From Eukaryota sp. GEM-RC1 (Eukaryota): 64,000 bases of DNA. The stretch's first letter is position 1. The number at the start of each line of letters is the position of its first letter. Where the stretch lies: contig JAUFOQ010000003.1 in assembly GCA_040285855.1 (NCBI GenBank), positions 186,001 to 250,000 of the forward strand. The letters run 5' to 3'. The translations under genes were made by a program, and so were the position numbers. This document shows positions 59,328 through 64,000 of the stretch, one piece after another. The notes beneath the pieces are model-generated. The model saw nothing but the letters and a program-made list of their open reading frames with translations, did no database searches and had not been told where the DNA came from.

Positions 59328-62300
59328 CTAGCGGGAATGACTAGTTGGGATCATATGCACAAGTGGGTTTTGAAGTAAATTTGTGGCAAAATTGGACTTC
59401 CTCAGTGCCTGTTCAGTAACAGAACCATACATGAAGGAAAAGAGACAAATAATTACAGATACTAGCACAATTAGTCCAATAACCAGCAGGTACAAGTTGA
59501 CGAACAACTCTGAAACATTAACCACATCCATTGATCTCATAAAAACTAACATAAAAAGAAGAGCTTCAGTAATAAAATAGACAGATTGAAGGGAATGAGC
59601 ACGAGGAATTCTCAACAAACGGGACTTTGAGTTTAATGCAAATGCGACCAAACAGAACAGGAAACCTAAAACACTTTGGAATATAGAACCAGCGCCTTCA
59701 ATCATAAACAAAACACCAAGGACAGAAATTAAATGGATCTGGAAGAGCAACTCGTTTGAGTAAGTACTGGTACTTATGGAAGTGGTGAACTTGTTCTGGA
59801 CATTTTTAAAGCAAATCCAAAAGTTGACTACAAAGTAAAATCCATATAAGCAAACAGCCAAAAGAACCTTCATCAGCCAAAATCCAGTCCCACATGCAAG
59901 ATCATTATAGAAAGGAGAAAATGGTGAGGTGGAACTGTCAATGGTTCTACAACTAAACACTGATAACACGTTAAACGCGGGAACTGCAAAGAAAATCTGA
60001 AACATTACAGATGAAAGTTCCACTCCTTTAAGTAAGAAACCAATACCCAAGACAGCAGGAAGAAGTACAGCAGAGGACCAGTACAAAGAGTAGAATCCTG
60101 AAGGGAGCCCAGCACAAGCAGTGATGGGAGCTCCCCAAGGACGGAGAACAACGAGATCTAAGACATCTAGAACTGAGTGAACAGCCGGTGGAAGTGGAAT
60201 AGCGGTAATTGTACGAATACCACATAAAACTTGGATAAATCTAATTAGAGGTAGGTAAAACTGAAGAGATTCAAACTTCTTCTTCTTGTCCATCTTTAAT
60301 AGGGGAATAAGTGAAGCATAACACACAATTTGAGCAAAAATAACTCCAAAAATGACGAAGTGACTTGGACATTCAGAACATAGATTTCCTTGAGAGTAGA
60401 AACCTTCCTCACAATGAGTACACAGAGGTCCAGTAAAGCCTTCATTACAATTAGTAGATTCAGTACAATTACCAAGACACCCAGACTTCTTACAAGGAAG
60501 AACATTGCCGTCATTTGATTGGTAAAATCCTGGTAACACACAGAATCTATTGTAGGCTTCACATAAGAGACCAGTAGGACACTCAATACACTCTCCACCG
60601 TCAAAGTACAAGTTACCATCACAAACACATTCAGTTAGGTCATCATTACCTGAGAATCGTGCAGGACAAGAACTACACTCAGTACTACCAATATCAGGAG
60701 CTATTTCCTTTAATTTACAAGAAACACAACCAGTATCATTGAGGTTTCTCTTAGTACCAGGCATGCAAGGAGAACATTGAGTAGAACGAGAAGACCATGA
60801 CCATTCACCAATGGGACAAGGAACACACTCAAAGTCAACAGACTTAGTTCCAGGAGGGCAATCGTAACATCCTTGGGCATTAAGACCCTGACCTTCTTCA
60901 CAGTCACCACCAGTTAAAAGGAAATGAGCAGAAGAAAGACCGGGAGAGACCGCGACAATTTGATGAGTTCCTGGGTGACCTATAATTGAGACCATAAATG
61001 ACTCAGAGTTACCAGATCTCTTTGAAGGAGCAGATAGAGCAAATTGAGAAGAAAGGGGGGCAAGAATGACGGTTTTAGGGTCAACAATCACGTTATCATA
61101 GGCATCAAGGAATGAAAGAGCTACACTTCTACCTTCAGTTGAAACAGAAACTTTAGTGGGAAATGAAGCAAAGTTATTACCATAAGATTTGGCTTGATTA
61201 CCACTTGAAAAGATTGAAACTAAATTGACTGGATTTTTGGAGTTGGAAAGAAAGAACCACCGATATCAGCCTTATTATTTGAAAAAGTCGAGAATTGAAC
61301 AATTGAGGAGTTTGAAAGATCTTCAGCGTAAACAGCACCACCCAATGAAGTAGCTTCATTATCAATAAAAGTAGAATTAGCAATAGACATGAGAGACGAG
61401 GAATCAATGTAGATAGCTCCACCATTAATAGCAGAACAAGATGAGAAGAAAGAATTAGTAAGTGATAACTCTGAACGAGATTCCATGAATAAAGCCCCAC
61501 CTTTAGAACCACGACAATTAAAGAAAGAAACGTTTGAAAGAGACAACAAAGTTGAGTCACTGCAATAGATAGCAGAATTTTCAATATTCATAAATTCTGA
61601 TTCAGAAATAGAAACTACGGAGAATACACGAGAATCGACAACAGAAGTAGAAAACGCAGAAAAGACAGATGAATATACAGAAAGATGTGATTTTTCAATA
61701 GAAATTAACGGTTGAGCAATTGAATTACGTGATTGTGCCAACGACATTAACGGAGATTCAACATGATAATCGGAAAACACACAGTTTTCCAACAAAATAT
61801 TGGAATCTACAGCGAAAATTAGAGAGAACGAAGGAGAAAGAATCGAATTGCTTAAGATTGCAGATGATTTGAAGGTTGAAATCAAGACGTCATCAATTTG
61901 ATTATTAATCAACTTGAGATCGTGAATAGAGGATCGAGAATGAACGGAATTCAAAAGATGAGTCATTTTTGAATTCGAAATTGACACATTTGTGAGAGAA
62001 ACGAAATCATCAGTAGACGAACAAATAGAAGAAAAATCACATGAATCAATTGATATTTCAGACAAACTAACAGTAGAAGCCATGGAACTAAACAAAACAA
62101 GAGATGAATCGGAAACTGACAAATGCTGTCCAGAGACACGGGAAAACTGAGAAGTGAAAACAAAGTGAGATGATGAAGAAATAGACAAATTAGTAAAAGA
62201 TAAATGAGATGAGGACAATACCGTGAATAAAGGACCAATCAAATTTGAATATCTAGTATCCTTTAATTCTACTGTACTCACAGATAGATCAAAGATTCGT

Positions 62301-64000
62301 CCTTTAGAAGATGACTGAGCAGTAGATTTTACATCAAGATTAGTAATAACAAGAGAACTAGAAACTGACTCGATGGCTGTAAGACAATTTTCAAAAGCAA
62401 CATCATTAATTTGAAGGTCCTTTTCACTGGTAATCTTCATTCCAGGTTCTGATTGGGTACAAACAAATAGAACGTCTTTTCCCTCAAAGACACCAAGCTG
62501 AGAATTATCCAAATTAATTGGAGTATATCCGTCATAAGTTCCTGGTAAAAGAGTTAGCTTGTCTCCTGGTAAAGTTTTTGATAAAGCCATTGGAATAGAC
62601 AAACAAGGAGCAGTAGAGGTTCCGCAACAAACGGAATCAAAACCAAATGGAGAAACATAGAACTCAAAGGAATGATCAGGATCAATTTTAGCTCCAACTT
62701 GAGCAAACATGTAATCATCAGTATAATTAAATCCAAAATTAAAGAGACAATTACCAGTGATACGTTCGAACTTATAGTCATGAAGACCATGTGAGAAGAA
62801 GTGGAACTTTGTAGCTGGATTAATTGGGTGGGAAGGGAAAAAGTCGAGGTAGAAGGTACCATTGTAATGAATGTAATCAGACGTAACGGAATCATGAATG
62901 TAAACGTCATTGGAGTGGTAGAGACTCAACGTGAAGTTAGAAGAAGGGGTCAGAATGATTGACCCTGAGTGATTGAGATGATCACGTACGCTGATTGTAC
63001 CCTCATTTGATAAGTGACCAACTGTAGAAGAGTCACCACTGGAAATGAGAGATTGACCAAATGGAATAGTTAGTTCCTCAAAGATAAAGAGAGAAGAAAT
63101 CAATTCCACGTCAGATGACATCAGCTTTGGATAAGTAATGGTCAGATTACCGTAGTTAGTTAATCCATTAAGATGAGTAGGACTTGTAAAGTTGAGTTGA
63201 TCCGACACGTGGACAATTAAAGGAGAAGTAAACGTGACCAGAGAATCAACGTGGTCAATGACTGTAAGTAGATGAGGAGCAAAGACGTGATCACCTTGGG
63301 AGAATACAATAGAAGAGTTATAAAGATTAAGTAGGGATTCACATTGGACAAAGGAAGAATTAGTGATAAGAAGATGAACTTGATCAAGGACAGCCTCACC
63401 ACAAGAAAGAAGTTGATTTGATTCAATAAGGGAATTAACGAGAGTTCCACCTTGAACAAATGAATTAATAACAGTAGCGTTACTTTCAAACGATCCACCA
63501 GAAATAGTAACAGTATCTAAAACAAGATGAGTATAAGAGACAAAAGATCCACCTGAAACATTGACAAAACATTTTGATAACAAATTACAATCAACAGTCA
63601 CGTTTTCATTGATTGATAGATTACCTCCAAGGATGGTTAGTGTTACATCAGAAGGATTAATGAAGGATTCGGGCTCAAATGTGACAGAGAGAATATCAGA
63701 AATTTCAAATATATCAGGAATTGAGTGAATTTGCGATTCAGACGTAAAGACAACATCACCATTGGATGCATCAGAAAGAGAAAGCTTAGTAATTGATGAC
63801 GAAACAGAGATGTTTCCTCCGTTAATGGAGATCAAATGAAGGTCAGGAACGTCAGCATTAATGAAAACACTACCACCAATTGAAGAAATACGTGTTGAAC
63901 TTTCAAAAGTAGCATCCATGGAAAGATGAGTGATCCCTTCCATAGACAAAATCGAAACATTTTGATTGATTGAAGTAGGTGACATCACCAACTGTCCAGA
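59328..64000 (-). CDS. Very large surface protein: beta-helix/GGAI repeats, Cys-rich repeats and C-terminal multi-TM domain; starts beyond the window; one frameshift near 61250
   Basis: ORFs 61220-63991 and 59328-61091 join through a -1 shift; GGAL/GGAI/GGAV repeats, CG...PC motif, CxxCPxG repeats and several hydrophobic helices. Confidence 0.85.

Noticed and set aside
3759..61260. Pervasive frameshifts as programmed ribosomal frameshifting (Euplotes-like) or RNA editing
   Set aside because: Shifts go both ways (+1 in the GT5 synthase, MOCOS-like gene and ATM; -1 in RAD50, the RPL7-like gene and the 61-kb gene), mostly at varied homopolymers, with no shared slippery-stop motif. This is typical of uncorrected long-read errors; short-read polishing would settle it.
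1..64000. Alternative genetic code (stop-codon reassignment)
   Set aside because: Conserved genes end in TAA, TAG and TGA, and the breaks need frame changes rather than read-through.

Overview
Eukaryotic, gene-dense, AT-rich DNA from a flagellated protist, read in the standard genetic code. It carries DNAAF4 and CFAP100, has tiny 29-33 nt GT-AG introns, and has head-to-head gene gaps of 32-81 bp. Host genes are a large GT5 glycogen/starch synthase, INO80, a MOCOS-like PLP enzyme, a Stealth phosphotransferase, an RPL7-like protein, DNAAF4, RAD50 head-to-head with ATM, UGDH, RPL29, an EEP hydrolase, CFAP100, phosphatidylserine synthase, cyclophilin, a large Cys-rich multi-TM surface protein and two tRNAs. 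Many genes are split by single-base indels in both directions, mostly at homopolymers, which are probably sequencing or assembly errors. Mobile DNA includes ~650-700 bp non-autonomous TIR elements (hAT-type with 8-bp TSDs) and relics of RLE-type non-LTR retrotransposons. The highlight is at 49.2-54 kb: a Fanzor (TnpB-derived RNA-guided nuclease) with all three RuvC catalytic residues, fused in one uninterrupted ORF to a family-B-polymerase-type DEDDy 3'-5' exonuclease domain. Its ~100 nt structured 3' region (candidate omega-RNA) ends exactly at a ~405-bp near-perfect inverted repeat of virus-like (CRESS capsid-like) coding sequence, so the predicted guide would be virus-derived. All protein calls come from motif recognition by eye; no database searches were run.
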